Shown in pieces: positions 52,544 to 64,000 of a DNA stretch of 64,000 nucleotides. The position numbers were made by a program, and so were the translations under genes. This DNA comes from Scenedesmus sp. PABB004 (lineage: Eukaryota). Within the stretch, counting starts at the first letter, position 1; each line of letters begins with the position of its first letter. The notes under the pieces were generated by a model, which had not been told where the DNA came from, did not search any database, and saw only the letters and a list, made by a program, of their open reading frames with translations. The DNA lies in NCBI GenBank assembly GCA_014905635.1, contig CM026548.1, positions 1,364,001 to 1,428,000 on the forward strand. The letters are read 5' to 3'.

Positions 52544-54976
52544 TCAGGCGCGGGTGTAGGACGACTCGTCGACCTTTTTGAGGGTGCGGCCCTCGGGCTC
52601 CTTGGCGTGGCCGCGGGCCGACACATAGACCGCCAGCCGCGTCCCCACGGCGCGCAGGTCGGCGTCCTTGGCGGCCTTGGCCTCCAGCGCCGGCAGCCAG
52701 TGCCCGGCGAGCTGCGCCATGGCCTTGCCAAACTGGCGGCCGTACACGGCGGCCATGCGGAACCCCGCGTGCGACAGGAACGACATCAGCGCCGCGGCCG
52801 AGGGGCTGCGCGCGCGCGCGCGGGCGGCGGCGGCGGGCGGCGGTCGGGCGGGGGTCGGGCGCGCGGTGGCGTGCTGCGCGGCGCGCGCACCGCGTGGGCG
52901 GCAGCGCGTTGAGGCAGCGCGCGAGCCAGGCCCAGCCGTGCGCGAGGCCCGCGGGGTTGCCGGGCGCCTCGGTCTGCACGATCGCGCCAAAGAGCAGCAC
53001 CATCGCGCTCAAGCGCGACACCAGCTCGTCCTGCGCACACGCGCGCGCGCGCGCGCGCCGCGGCGCGCGTGTCGGCGGCGGCCACGCGCCCAGCCGCGCG
53101 CCGCGCCCGCAGCTAGCGCGGCGCCGCGCGCCTGCGTCTCGCGGCGGCGCTCGCCGGTCTTGGGGTCGTCGATGTCGCGGTAGCCCAGCGCCGCGTACCA
53201 GTCCTCCACGGGGCTGCCGGGGGTGTACATGGCATAGCGGGGGACCAGCAGCGGGCACGCCTGCGCACGCATATGGGGCGTGGGCGCGCGCCCGCGCGCG
53301 CGTGCGCGTGCGGGCGTGCGGCACCTAACCAAACCCAGGCGGCGGCCCGCTGCGGCGCGCCTGCTGCAGCTTGGCGAGCAGGAGGTCCATGAACTCTGGC
53401 AGCGCCGCGCCGACGCCGACGCAGACGTAAGCGAGGGGAAAGGCGAAGCTGCCGATCTTGGCCACCTGGCCCTCGCACTGGCTCACCACGCGCGCCGCGA
53501 GCGTGAGCTGCGCCAGCGCCGCCTGCTGCGGCGAGCTGACGCCGCGCAGCACGCCGATGAGTTGCGCCGCCTTGGCCTGCACCTGCTGCTGCGTGCCGCT
53601 GATCTGGCTAACCGCCATCGTGATCTGCTTCTCCAGCGCACGCCGCGCCGCCTTGAGCTCGGGCCGGCTCGTGATCTCGGCGGCCGCCGCCTCGGCGGCG
53701 GCCAGCTTGGCCGCGAGCCGCTCCGCCTCGGCCAGCGCGCCGGGCGTGGCCTTGACGTGAGGGTCGCCGCCGCCCGGCGGCGGCCTAGCAGGGCTGCCGG
53801 ACGGCGGCGCCGATGCTTGCTGCGCGGCCGCCGCACGCTGCTGCTGCTGGTGCGCCGCCGCCGCCGCCGCCGCGGCTGCGGCCTCGTCCCGCGCCTTGGC
53901 CTGCGGCGCGGCGGCGGGCAGGTGGGCAGCCGGCGGCGTATTAGTGGTGGGAGCCGCCGGCGGCCTGCGCGCTGCCCCGCGTGCGCGCGCGCGCACCGCT
54001 TCGGCGGCGGCCTTTGCCGCCGCCGCTGCCGCCTCGGCCTCCTTCCGCCGCCGCTCCTCCTCCTGCTGCTGCCGCAGCCGCGCCGCCTCTGCTTCGCGCC
54101 GCCGCCGCTCCTCCTCCTGCTGCCGCTGCACCTCCTGCAGCGCGCTCGCCTGCGCCTGCTCCAGCACCGCCTGCGCGCGCTGCGCCTCCGCCAGCCGGCG
54201 GCTGCGCTCCGCGCTGCGCTGCTTGCGTGACTCCTCGTCCGCGGCCGCCGCGCGCGCCTGCGGGCGGGCGGCCCCGGCTCGCTGCGTAAGGCGGCGCCGC
54301 CGCCGCGCAGCGCGTGCCCCCGTGCGCGCTCACCCGCTTGTGCGCGAGCTGCTGCTGCACCTCCGCCAGCTGCCCCGCCAGCTGCTCCTCCACCGCCGCA
54401 ATCTGGCGATGCAGCCGCTGCTGCTGCGCCTCCGCCATCAGCAGCGCGCCGGCCTGCAGCTGCTTCGTGCGCGCCGCCAGCACCGCCTGCACCGGGTGCC
54501 GCGCGTGCACGGCCGCCGACGGCGCGCCGCCCGACCACCTGCCGCCGCCGGGCTGCCCCCCGGTGAGCAGCGAGCCGCCACCCCAGCCGGCCGCGGGATC
54601 GTCATCGTCGCCCTCGTCGTCCGACGGCACGCGGAACGTCGCCGCGCGCTTATGCCCGCTGCCTGCGCGGGAGCAGCGCGCCGGGCGGTTGGCGTTGTTG
54701 GCCGGCGTGCGGCGCCCGTGGTGCCGCCTGGCCTGATCACGATGGAACGCGGGGGCAGCAGGGCGCGCCCCCAGGCTGCTGCGTCGCACCTGGCGACGCG
54801 GCGCCAAACAACGGCGCTGCAGCTGCTGCTGTCGCAGCGCCGCCGGCGCCGCTTCCGCCGAGCCCAAAGTCCAGCGCTGCCGCTGGAAAGGAGGAGGCGC
54901 CCAGGGCGGCGAGTGGCGGGCCGTGGTCGTGGTGCGGCGGCGGGCTCGCAAACAGCTGCTTCGCCACCTCCCCCAT
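52544..54976 (-). CDS. GLE1: mRNA export factor GLE1 (multi-exon)
   Basis: Coiled-coil middle region; SFAFPLAYV..LLLAKLQQ|ACPLLVP..LGYR, LFGAIVQ..GLAHGWAWLARCLN, FLSHAGFRMAAVYGRQFGK. Confidence 0.88.
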
Positions 54977-55201
54977 CGCTCTCCCTCTCCTCGCTGCGGT
55001 CAGCAGTCCTGTGTGCGCGAGTGGTTGCGCTCACGTGCGGGCCCCGGGAGCATGGGATCGAGCGGCACGGGGCTCTGCGCGCTGACGCGCCGCCGCCGCC
55101 GCCGCCACCCTTGCCCCTGCGCCGCCACTCCACACCGAATCAGTGTCCCGGAGCTGCGGAAGAGCTGCCGGCGGCCCGCCAGCACGCGACGCGGTGATAG
55201 C

Positions 55202-58200
55202 ATGCTGCGAGCGGCAGCAGCGGCGGCGCGGGCGGCCGCGGCCGCCGCGAGGCCTGACGGCTGCCCCGCCCACCTCCTGCTGCTGGCGCGGTCCTGCGCA
55301 ACAGCGACGGCAGGTGAGCGGCGGCGCCCGCCACACAGCGCTCGGCGCGCCTCGCGCGGCGCTGGCCACACGCCGCGCGGCCACTGCCCACGCCGCGCGC
55401 AGGCGCGGAGCCCGCGCCGCCTCGCGGCTCAGCAGCAGGAGCAGCAGCAGCAGCAGCAGCTGCTGCTGTGGCGGCGCCGCAGCCCTCCAGCAGCGCCGCG
55501 GCGGACGCGTTCCGCGCGCGCTACGCTGGCATGCTCGCGGCCGGCGCCCTTGTTCCCGACACGCGCCAGGCGGCGCTGGTCGAGCAGCTCGCGGGGCTGC
55601 TGGGGAGGCTGGCGACCTACAGCGACGAGGTCGCGGCGTTCCGCCAGGCCAGGGCGGAGTACGACGTGCGCGTGCTTGGCGAGGGGAGGGGCTCGGGGCT
55701 CGCCGCGGGCCGGCCGCCGCCCCACGCCCTGCAGCTAGCAGCCGCGCGCCCGACACGAGCGCCCGCCGCCGCGCGCGCAGGCGGCGTTTGAGCGGCGCCT
55801 CGCGGAGCTGCAGGCACAGGATGACGCGCAGGAGCAGCAGCTGCAGCAGTCGCAGGAGCAGGAGCCGCCACCGGGCGGCTGGCTGTCGCGCGCGCTCGCC
55901 GCGACCGGGCTGCAGCGCAGCACGCCCAAGGCGCCGCCCAACCCCGCGCAGCGCGCGCGCGCCGCCGCTGCGGCGCGGCGGCAGGCCGCGGCAGGGGAGC
56001 TCGGGCCGGGCCCGTCGCCGCCGGCTGGTGCGGCGGCGCGCGGCGCGGTCGGCGGCTGGGCTCGGCGCCCGCGCGCTCACTCGCCGCCGCCGCCGCCGCC
56101 GCCGCCGCTGCCGCCGCCGCCGCCCAGCCCCCAGGGCCTCTACATTTACGGCACCGTCGGCAGCGGCAAGGTGGGGCGCGTCGCGAGCCGCGCCACACGC
56201 CCGCGCGCGCTCTCGCCCGCTCACTCGCCGCGCCGCGCTCGCTCACCCGCCGCGCCGCGCCGCGCCCGTGTCCTGGCCGGTCGTCCAGTCGCTGATCATG
56301 GACATGTTTTTCCACGCTGCTCGCACACACCTGCCCCTGGACCACGCACGCCGGTGCGCACACGGCCCGGCGCGGCGCGCGCCGCGCCGCTGCTGCCGCT
56401 GCCGCCGTCGCCGCGCGGCCGCGCGAGCAGCGCGGCGCGGCTGCTGAGCGCCGCGCGGCGCAGGCTGCACTTCAACGCCGCCATGCTGGAGCTCCACGGC
56501 CGGCTGCACCACCTCGACCGCCAGCGCCGCGAGCGCGCGGCGCGGCGGCGCGAGCACGAGGTCGGCGCGGTGCCCGCTGCGGCGGGCGCGGGCGAGCACC
56601 ACGGCGGCGACGAGCACCACGGCGGCGGCGAGCACCACGGCGGCGCGGGCCCTACGGCGCTGGCGCAGCCGGGCGGCGCGGAGCAGGCGGACGGCGACGC
56701 CGCGTCGGACGGGCAGGTCTCCGCGTGGTTTGACGAGGGCGTGGCGCGGCAGAAGGAGGCCAAGGCCGCGGTGCTCGCGATCAGGCGGCACCTGCGCGAG
56801 TCGCGCGCGGGGCGCGTCCCCGCGGCGCGCCTGGCCGCCGCCAACGCCGGCGTCATGTCTGCCGCCGCGCGCGCGCTCATGCGCGCGGGCGGGCCCGACC
56901 CCGCCACCGGCTGGGCGCCCGGCGACGGCGGCGGCGAGCGCCTCGCGGCGCTGCTGTGCTTCGACGAGATGCAGGTGTGCGACGTCTTCAGCGCCGCGGG
57001 GCTCAAGGCGCTGCTGGAGGGCCTCACCGCGCAGGGCGCGGTCGTGGTGACCACGAGCAACCGGCACCCCGGCGAGCTGCCGCGCCACGGCCTGCACGAG
57101 GCGCTGTGGGGGCACTTCCTGCACACGTGCGCCCGCGCGCGGCGAGAGCGGGCGGGCCCCCCGGCGTGCCCTCGCCTCACGCGCTGCGGCCGCCGCCGCC
57201 CGCGCGCAGGCTGCTGAGCTCCTGCGAGCTGTTCGAGTTGTCGGCGGGCACCGACTATCGCCGCCGCAGCCTCAGCGGCCCCACCAGCCTCGCGCTGCAG
57301 CAGCCGCTGCTGCCGAGCGCCACCGACGCCGGCGCCGGCGCCGACGCCGACGCGCGTCGCAGCTGGTTCTGGCCGCTCAGCCCCGTCGCCGAGGCCGCGC
57401 TGCAGCAGCGCTGGGCGGCGGCGCTGGGCGGCGCGCCCGAGCGCGAGCGGCGCGGCGGCACGGTGCTGCCCGTGCTCTTCGGGCGGCGGCTCGCGGTGCC
57501 GCGCGCGGCGGGCGGTGCGGCGTGGTTTGACTTTGCTGACCTCTGCGGCGCACCGCTGGGCGCGGCCGACTACCTCGCCCTGGCGCAGGCCTTCCACACT
57601 GTCTTCATCTCAGGTGATTCAGCCGCTGGCCAGCCGCACCATCGGCAGCGCGCGCCGCGCCACCCTCGCCCGCCGGCGCCCGCCGCCGCGCCCGCTCAGC
57701 CCTCTCTCCCGCCCCTCAAACGCGGCCGGCCGCCGTCCAGGCATCCCCGCGATGTCCATGGACAACCGCGACCAGGCGCGGCGCTTCATCACGCTGCTGG
57801 ACGGTGAGCCTGGGGCGCGTCGGCGCCGCTGGCAGGCGCTGCGCGCAGGCTCGTCGGCCGGCTCCCGTGCCGCCTCCCGCGCCGCCCCCATGCCGCCGCC
57901 CACGCCTGCGCTCACGCCCCGCGCTCACGCCCCGCGCTCACGCCCCGCGCGCGCGCAGAGCTCTACAACGCGCGCACGGCGCTCGTCTGCAGCGCCGCCG
58001 CGCCGCCGGACCAGCTCTTTGTCGGCGCGGAGGGCCAGGCGCCGCTGCTGGACCTGGAGGGCCTGCAGTTTGAGGGCGCCGTCGAGGGTGGGCACGCGCC
58101 GCCCTGCTCACTGCGCGGTCGCCCGCGGCGCCGCCCCCTGCTCACCGCGCCGCCGCCGCCGCCGCCGCAGGCGCGCGGCTGCGCAGGGACCTGGCGGCTG

Positions 58201-58358
58201 ACGGCGGCGTCGCGCCGGTCGCGTCGGGCGCCGCCGCCGCGCTGGAGGCGACCGCGCTGCTGGGGGGCATGGAGGAGCGATTTGCCTTCAGCCGAGCGGT
58301 CTCGCGCCTGTACGAGATGCAGAGCCCCCTCTGGGCGGCCGCGCGCGAGCGCGCCTGA
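55202..58358 (+). CDS. AFG1: AFG1/LACE1/ZapE-family ATPase, probably mitochondrial (multi-exon)
   Basis: RGLYIYGTVGSGK|SLIMDMF (Walker A), RRLHFN, LLCFDEMQVCD (Walker B), VTTSNRHP, DLCGAPLGAADYL, ARRFITLLD|ELY, FAFSRAVSRLYEMQS. Confidence 0.92.
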
Positions 58359-58594
58359 GCCGCAGAGCCCTGCAGAGCCCCCTCTGGACGGCCGCGCGCG
58401 AGCGCGCCTGAGCGGCGCAGAGCCGCAGAGCCCTTGCCGGTGCGGTTGCGCCGCCGCTGCGTGGAGCGCTGCTGAGAGCTTCACCAGCGCCGTTCGCGAG
58501 GCCGCACGCTCAGCGCCGCCGCGCGCAGCCATCCGCCCGCGCCGCTGCTGCCAGCGGCAGAACGATCACGCGCTAAACGCCCATTCGGCGCGAG

Positions 58595-59386
58595 ATGCAG
58601 TCCGCGCTCCGGACCGCCGTCACGGCCAGGCCGCGGCTGAGCGCCAGGGCCGCGCCCGCGGGCCAGGCGCGCCCGCTGCTACTGCCGGCGCGCTCGCCGC
58701 GGCGGACGTGCGTCGCGGCGCTGCCCTCGCCGGAGTACGGCTACGTGCTGGCGTCCGTGGCCTTCAGCGCCGGGCTGGTTCAGTGGCAGGCGCTGCGCGT
58801 CGGCCTGGCGAGGTGCGCGGCGCAGCGCCAGCAGCGCCAGCAGCGGCCGGCCGATCGCACGCGCGCGTGGCAGCGCTGGTCGCGAGCAGCTGGGCCGCCA
58901 CGCCCACGTCGGCGTGACCTGCCGCGCACGGCGGCGGCGCGCGCGCAGGCGCGAGTACGGCGTGGCCTACCCCGCCGTCTACGCCGAGGGCGACGACGAG
59001 CGCGCGCGGACGTTCAACTGCATGCAGCGGGCGCACCTGAACACGCTCGAAACGCTGCCGGCACTGCTCGCGATGGAGGCGCTGCTGGGCCTGCAGCACC
59101 CGCTCGCCGCGGCGGGGCTGGGGATGGTCTGGAACGTCGGCCGGGTGATCTACACCCTCGGCTACAGCACAGGCGCGCGGCGCGCCAGCCGCTGCGCGCG
59201 CGGGCGCGGCGCTGGCCCGCCCACGCGCCGCCGCCGCCCCGCGCGCGCACCCGGGCGCCCACGCACGCAGGTGACCCGGGCAAGCGGATCCCGGGGATCG
59301 CGATAGCCGGGCTGACGTACGTCGCGGCCATCGCCGCGACCGCGGCGGCGGGGCTGTCCGCGGCGGGCCTCAAGCTGCCCTGGTGA
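58595..59386 (+). CDS. MAPEG-family protein (microsomal glutathione S-transferase 3-like), 3 exons
   Basis: EYGYVL, VGLAR|REYGVAYP..Y, FNCMQRAHLNTLE, GRVIYTLGYST|GDPGKR. Confidence 0.92.
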   Translation: MQSALRTAVTARPRLSARAAPAGQARPLLLPARSPRRTCVAALPSPEYGYVLASVAFSAGLVQWQALRVGLARCAAQRQQRQQRPADRTRAWQRWSRAAGPPRPRRRDLPRTAAARAQARVRRGLPRRLRRGRRRARADVQLHAAGAPEHARNAAGTARDGGAAGPAAPARRGGAGDGLERRPGDLHPRLQHRRAARQPLRARARRWPAHAPPPPRARTRAPTHAGDPGKRIPGIAIAGLTYVAAIAATAAAGLSAAGLKLPW

Positions 59387-59971
59387 CGCCGCTGTGCCTT
59401 TGAGTGCGGTCCCGACCAGCGTACTGTTACAGCTGTGGTGTTACGCTCGCGCGCGTGCGTGAAATCGTCGGGGGCAGCACACGCTTTGCCCCCCGCCCGC
59501 CGCGGGCTGGCCCGGACCGCTCTCGCCGCGCTCCCTCGTCCCCGGCAGCGCGCCGCGCCGGCGACGCGGGCGCCGCCCCCGCCGCCGCTCACTCGTCGTC
59601 CGCGAGCGCGCTCCTCACGGTGCTCGCCGCTTTCGACGCCGCCGCGGTCACGCTGGAGCGCACCGCCGCGGGCGACGGCGCCGCCTCGCCCTCACCTTCG
59701 CGTGGGCCGCGGCGCCGGGCGGGCGCGCGCGCGGTCAGGCGCGCGCACGCGGGCGTGCAGGAACAAGGGCGCCCCCGACACGTGCAACCACACCCGCACT
59801 GCTCCCGGTGCACACACACGCCGCCGAGGCGGGGGAGCCCCCGCCCTTATTCCGCGTCCGGGCGCCCCCGCCCGGCGCGGCCGGCCGCGGCCCCGCGCCG
59901 CGGGCACGCCACGCGTGCGCGGCGGGCGCCCCGCCGCTGCGGTGCCCCGGTGGCTGCTCACGTCAGCTCGC

Positions 59972-61044
59972 TCACATCTCACCGGTGATCTTCTTCTTGA
60001 GCTCATCCACATCCCTGCCGCGGCGCGGCGGCGACGCGGGCGGCGGCGGCGGCGGCGCGGGTCAGCAACGCCAGCGGCGTGGGTCAGCTGCGCCGGCGCG
60101 GCGCGCTGCCGGCGCGGGCGCGCATCCGCCCGGCGCGGGCGCACGCACTTGACCAGCTCCTCGCGGCTGCTCTGTGGCCGCCAAGCGCGGCCGGGCGGGG
60201 CGAATGGCAGCGGGACGGCAGCAGCCGCGCGTGAGAGCGAGGCGACGCCGGGCGCCCGCCGGCGCTGCCGCGCGGCCGCGCTGCTCCGGGCCACGCTCTC
60301 CCTGCGCAGCCCGCGCCGCGCGCTCCGCCGTGCTGGCCCTGCTGCGCCCCGCCCCGCTGCGCCGCGCCGCGCCGCGCCGCGCCGCGCCTTGAACAGCAGG
60401 TAGCGGTAGATGAACCAGCTGGTGTAGCCCAGGCCCACCAGCTCCATGAACTTGGGCAGCTGCACGGCGCGGCGGCGGGCGCGGCGGCGGGCGCTCAGGC
60501 GGCCGCGCGCGCGCGCCGGCGGGCGCGGCGCGCGCGCGCGGGGGCCGCCGCGCTGCGCGGCGCACCAGCGGGATGCTGTTGAGCCCGGAGACCAGGGTGT
60601 TGCTGAACCAGAGCGCCACGAGCGCGCCCACGCCGTAGAGCACGACGGTGGTCTTGTTCTCCACCTTGTCCCACTGCGGGCGGCGCGGCGCGGCATGCTG
60701 CTGTCAGGGCCCCTGATCGCCCCCTGGCGCCGCCCGATCGAGCCGCGCCGCCGCGCCGGACCTTGTCCTGCAGGTCCTTGACCAGCTTGTCCACGTCCGC
60801 CGAGCCGTCGGTGTCCTGCGCGCGCACAACGACCGCCTGCGAACGGCGAACCTGCGAGGCCGGCGCGCCGCGCCGCGCGTGGGCGTGGCGCCTCGCCGCC
60901 GCGCACACGGTCCTGCGACCCCGCTCCCCGCGCCGACGCGCGCACCACGGGCGCCACGGGGCGCGGCAGCGCCGCGCCCAGGCGCGGCCGGGCGCAGGCG
61001 CTGCGCACAGCGCAGGCGCGGGTGCTGGCGGCGAGGGCGGCCAT
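59972..61044 (-). CDS. CURT1: CURVATURE THYLAKOID 1 (CAAD-domain) protein (multi-exon; possible alternative last exon 59695-59589)
   Basis: LQDK|WDKVENKTTVVLYG..LNSIPL|LPKFMELVGLGYTSWFIYRYLLFK|SSREELVK|DVDELKKKITG. Confidence 0.95.
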
Positions 61045-61442
61045 GGCGAGCTGCGTGGTGAGGTGGATCACGATGGAGAAGCGAGACTGGGGCGCCGGCG
61101 CGACGCGCATGCGGGGGGCGCGCGGGCCGAGCCTCGGGCTTGAAAGCGCAGATCACGGGCTGTGCGCCAGGCGTGTTCAGCAGGGCGCAGCGCGTCCGCC
61201 TGGCCCAGACGCGCGCACGCACACTTGGCGCCGCGCGCGCCTCGGCGACGCCCCCACGCGACGCGCAGCCGGTGCCATCCTCGGCGCAGCCCACTGCGCA
61301 AGTTCGCGTCGTACGACCCCCCCGGCCGCGCCGTCGGCCTCACCCTCGCGTCACAGCTCGCTGCCAGCGGCCCGCGAGCTGCCCAGCCTCGGCGCGCGCA
61401 GCGCCGACGCGGTGCGCGCGGCCCGCCGCCGCCGCAGGCCCC

Positions 61443-61860
61443 TCACTGCCGGACGCCCGCCCCGACCGTCCGGATGGGTGGCAGCGACACTGCCGCCGGC
61501 GGCGGGGGCGCAGGTGCGCTGCCGCCGCCGCTCGAAGCGCTGCCGTGGCGCCCGCTGCCACGGCCGCGGCCGCCGCCGCTGCGGGTGCGGGAGCGGCGCT
61601 CGCGCTGCCACCACTTGGCGGGCTGCGCCGCGCCCGCGGCGGCGTCGCCGCCGCCGTGGGCCAGGAAGAAGGCGTCCGGCGCGTGCGGCTGGCGCCCAGC
61701 GGCGGCACCGCTGGCGGCGCCGCCCGCGACCGCGGCCGGGACCGCAGCGGCGGGGCCCCGTGCCTGTGACGCCAGCTGGGGCAGGCGCAGCTGCTGCGGC
61801 GACCAGCCCGGCGGCTGCTGCCACGCCTGCGAACGGCCGCGGTGCAGCGACCCCTGGGCT

Positions 61861-61898
<38 letters not shown>

Positions 61899-63365
61899 AG
61901 CCAAGGGGTCGCGCCAGCCGCCCTGCTGCTGCCGCTGCTGCTGCTGCCGCTGCTGCCGCTGCTGCTGCTGCTTCTGCTGCCCGCCGCCGCCGCTGCTGCG
62001 CCCTGCCCTCGCGCCGCGCTGGCCGCAGGCGCTGTCGGGGCCGGAGCGCGACCTCGGCAGAGCGCCACGGCTCATTGCCGCCAGGCGGGAAGGCTGGTGG
62101 CCTGGCCGCGCGCCGCGCGCCGCGGGGCCGCCCGGCGGCCCGCCGCCGTCCGCCGGCGTGCTGAAGGCACGCTGCAGCGGCACGCACGGGGCGCCGGGGT
62201 GCGCGCCTGTCGCATGCTGCTGCTGCTGGCCGGGCCAAGGCTGGCCGGGCCAGGGCTGACCGGGCCAGGGCTGACCGAGCCAGGGCTGACCGGGCCAGGG
62301 CTGCCAGGGCTGCCAGGGCCGCCAGGTCCAGCCCGTTGGCAGCGCCGGCATGCTGCCCGTGCGGTGCAGCGGGGCTGCCGGCCAGGCGGGCTGCGCCACC
62401 ACCAGCCAGGGGGCCACGTGCACGCCAGGCCACGGCTGGCCGGCCTGGGGCCAGAGCGCGGCGCCGCCATGGCTGACCGGCACGGCGAGCCGCGGAGCTG
62501 CCGCTGCCCAGCGTGGCTGCTGGTGTTGCCACTCCTGCCACTGCTGCTGCGGCTGAGGCACGCAGCTGCCGCAGCTGCTCGGTGAGCCAGCTGGGCGGCC
62601 GGGCGCGTACGCGCACGGTGGCGTCGCGGGCGCGTGGTGCGCGGTGCCGCCGCCACCGCTGCCGCCGCCGCTGTGCCGAGGGGGCGCCGGCGGCGGGTGG
62701 GCGTGCGCCTGCCCGCTGGCGGCGGCGCCCTGGCGCGCACCGTCCCAGTAACTGGCAAACTCGCGCTGGCGCGCGTACGACGAGCTGGCCGCCGCGGCCG
62801 CCGCCGCGGGGCTGCCGCCGCCGCTGCTGCCACCGCGGCGCGGCCACCCGGGCGGGCGCTGGGGGTCTCGGCGCGCGCCGCTGGCGGCCAGCGACTGCGG
62901 CGTGTCGGGCGCGGGCCCTGGCGACCGCGCGTGCGCGAAGCGCGGCTGCGGCAGCAGCCGCGCCAGCTCGCTCACGCGCCCGCTGGTCGGCGCGCCGCAG
63001 GAGGCCTGCCGCGCAAGCGCGCCCCAGTCCACCAGCGCCTCGCCGCCGCCGCTGCTGGCGCGCGCCGCGGCCAGCTGGCCCGCCCAGAAGGGAGCGCCCG
63101 CCGCGCCCGCCGCGCCGCCGGGCGAGCTGCCGGCGGCCGCCATCGCCGCAACGTAAGCGGCGAGCAGCTGGTCGGGCGCGCCGCGCGGGAGCTCGCCCCA
63201 GCCGAAGCAGGCCGGCGCCGGGGCCGCGCCGAGCGCGTGGGGCGAGCCGCGCGCGTGGAGCGGCGCCCGGGCGCCCTGCACCGCCAGCGCGGCGCCCGGC
63301 TGCGCGCCGGCGGGGCCGCCGGCGCTGTCGCCGACGCGGCGCCTTGGCCGCCGCGCGCGCGCCAT
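61443..63365 (-). CDS. Hypothetical low-complexity (Pro/Trp/Gln/Gly-rich) protein
   Basis: Long open frame with coding-like patches (FGWGELPRGAPDQLLAAYV, RQREFASYWDG) and PWPGQ repeats; no family recognised. Confidence 0.45.
62229..62320 (-). repeat. 15-bp/9-bp tandem repeat encoding (PWQ)2(PWPGQ)5-like units
   Basis: ctgaccgggccaggg-type units read directly. Confidence 0.85.
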
Positions 63366-63425
63366 GCTGAGAGCGCGTGCTTGACACCGGGAGAACATGG
63401 GCGGCTTCTGGGCGACCCGGTCGGC

Positions 63426-64000
63426 TCAGGGGCGCTCGAGTGGGGTGTCGCGGTGGCTACAGCCGCTGTTGTCGTCAGCGCGGCTCTGCGCGGCGGCGCG
63501 CTCGACGACGAGTCCACCCACTGCGTGCGCGAGCTCGCTAAGTCCGCCCGGCACGACGCGCGCCGCTGCCTGTGGGGGGGGGCACTCGCGCGTTGACCGG
63601 CGCTGCTGCTCCGCCGCGATGGCCGGGCTCGGCGCGCCGCCGTTCAAGCCGGCGTTCGCGGGCAAGGTGCTGGTGATTGGTACGTCGGTGCTGGCGATCG
63701 CTGCGGGGCGTGCGGGGGCTGCGCGGTGCCTTGACGCGGCGCGTGCGGCGCCGCTGCGTCGCCGCAGGCGCCTCCGACCTGGCGCCGCGCGACAGCCTGC
63801 GCGCCGAGGGCAAGGGCCGGGTGAGCAGCAGGACTGGCGCGGCCAGGCAGCCGCTGCCGCCGCCGGGCACGGCACACGCGCGCCGCCCGCGCACGCAGAG
63901 GCCGACCACCGCCGCGCGCGCGAGCGCGGCGCTCGAGGAGTATTGGGCCGCGCGCGCGGCGGGCACAGTGGGCACCGCGGGCGCGGCCGGCGGCGACCGC
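63426..64000 (-). CDS. Possible 3' end of a gene entering from beyond the window
   Basis: Coding-like frame STDVPITSTLPANAGLNG..GLSELAHAVGGLVVE..PLERP*; incomplete. Confidence 0.3.
   Translation of the reverse strand, partial: GRRRPRPRCPLCPPRARPNTPRAPRSRARRWSASACAGGARVPCPAAAAAAWPRQSCCSPGPCPRRAGCRAAPGRRRLRRRSGAARAASRHRAAPARPAAIASTDVPITSTLPANAGLNGGAPSPAIAAEQQRRSTRECPPPQAAARVVPGGLSELAHAVGGLVVERAAAQSRADDNSGCSHRDTPLERP

Noticed and set aside
62229..62320. Short regularly spaced repeats (also gagcaccacggcggc x3 at ~56594-56644) as a CRISPR-like array
   Set aside because: They are head-to-tail coding repeats with no unique spacers, no cas genes and a eukaryotic context.

Overview
This is eukaryotic nuclear DNA, extremely GC-rich (roughly 75-80% by eye, not computed) and dense with short spliceosomal introns. 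Gene content (FAD6, CURT1, plastid L31, algal septin, VARL-like SAND protein) points to a chlorophyte green alga, most likely Sphaeropleales; the taxon is an inference. Most long ORFs in the supplied track are GC artefacts, so I rebuilt genes by manual splicing and exon borders are provisional. About 20 genes are supported, in order: Kazal+S1 protease, SAND/VARL-like protein, LRR copy 1, HAD hydrolase, septin, coiled-coil protein, TRF4/PAPD5-like nucleotidyltransferase, LRR copy 2 (nonsense codon), bZIP, conserved thylakoid protein, FAD6, a giant secreted Cys-rich mosaic protein, oligopeptidase B, DUF1995-like protein, plastid L31, GLE1, AFG1/ZapE ATPase, MAPEG, CURT1 and a low-complexity protein. 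The most striking structure is that receptor-like accessory genes sit between direct repeats of intergenic DNA. (1) A ~400-bp element R occurs as 3 full copies and 1 partial copy. It brackets two paralogous LRR genes and begins within ~10 bp of the stop codon of two unrelated host genes. The LRR paralogs differ mainly at predicted ligand-facing positions, while their scaffold, introns and flanks stay similar. (2) A near-identical ~197-bp direct repeat brackets a 12.2-kb block carrying the lectin/LNR/HYR/Sushi mosaic gene. GC-AG introns also look unusually frequent. No rRNA, tRNA, CRISPR array or transposase was recognised.
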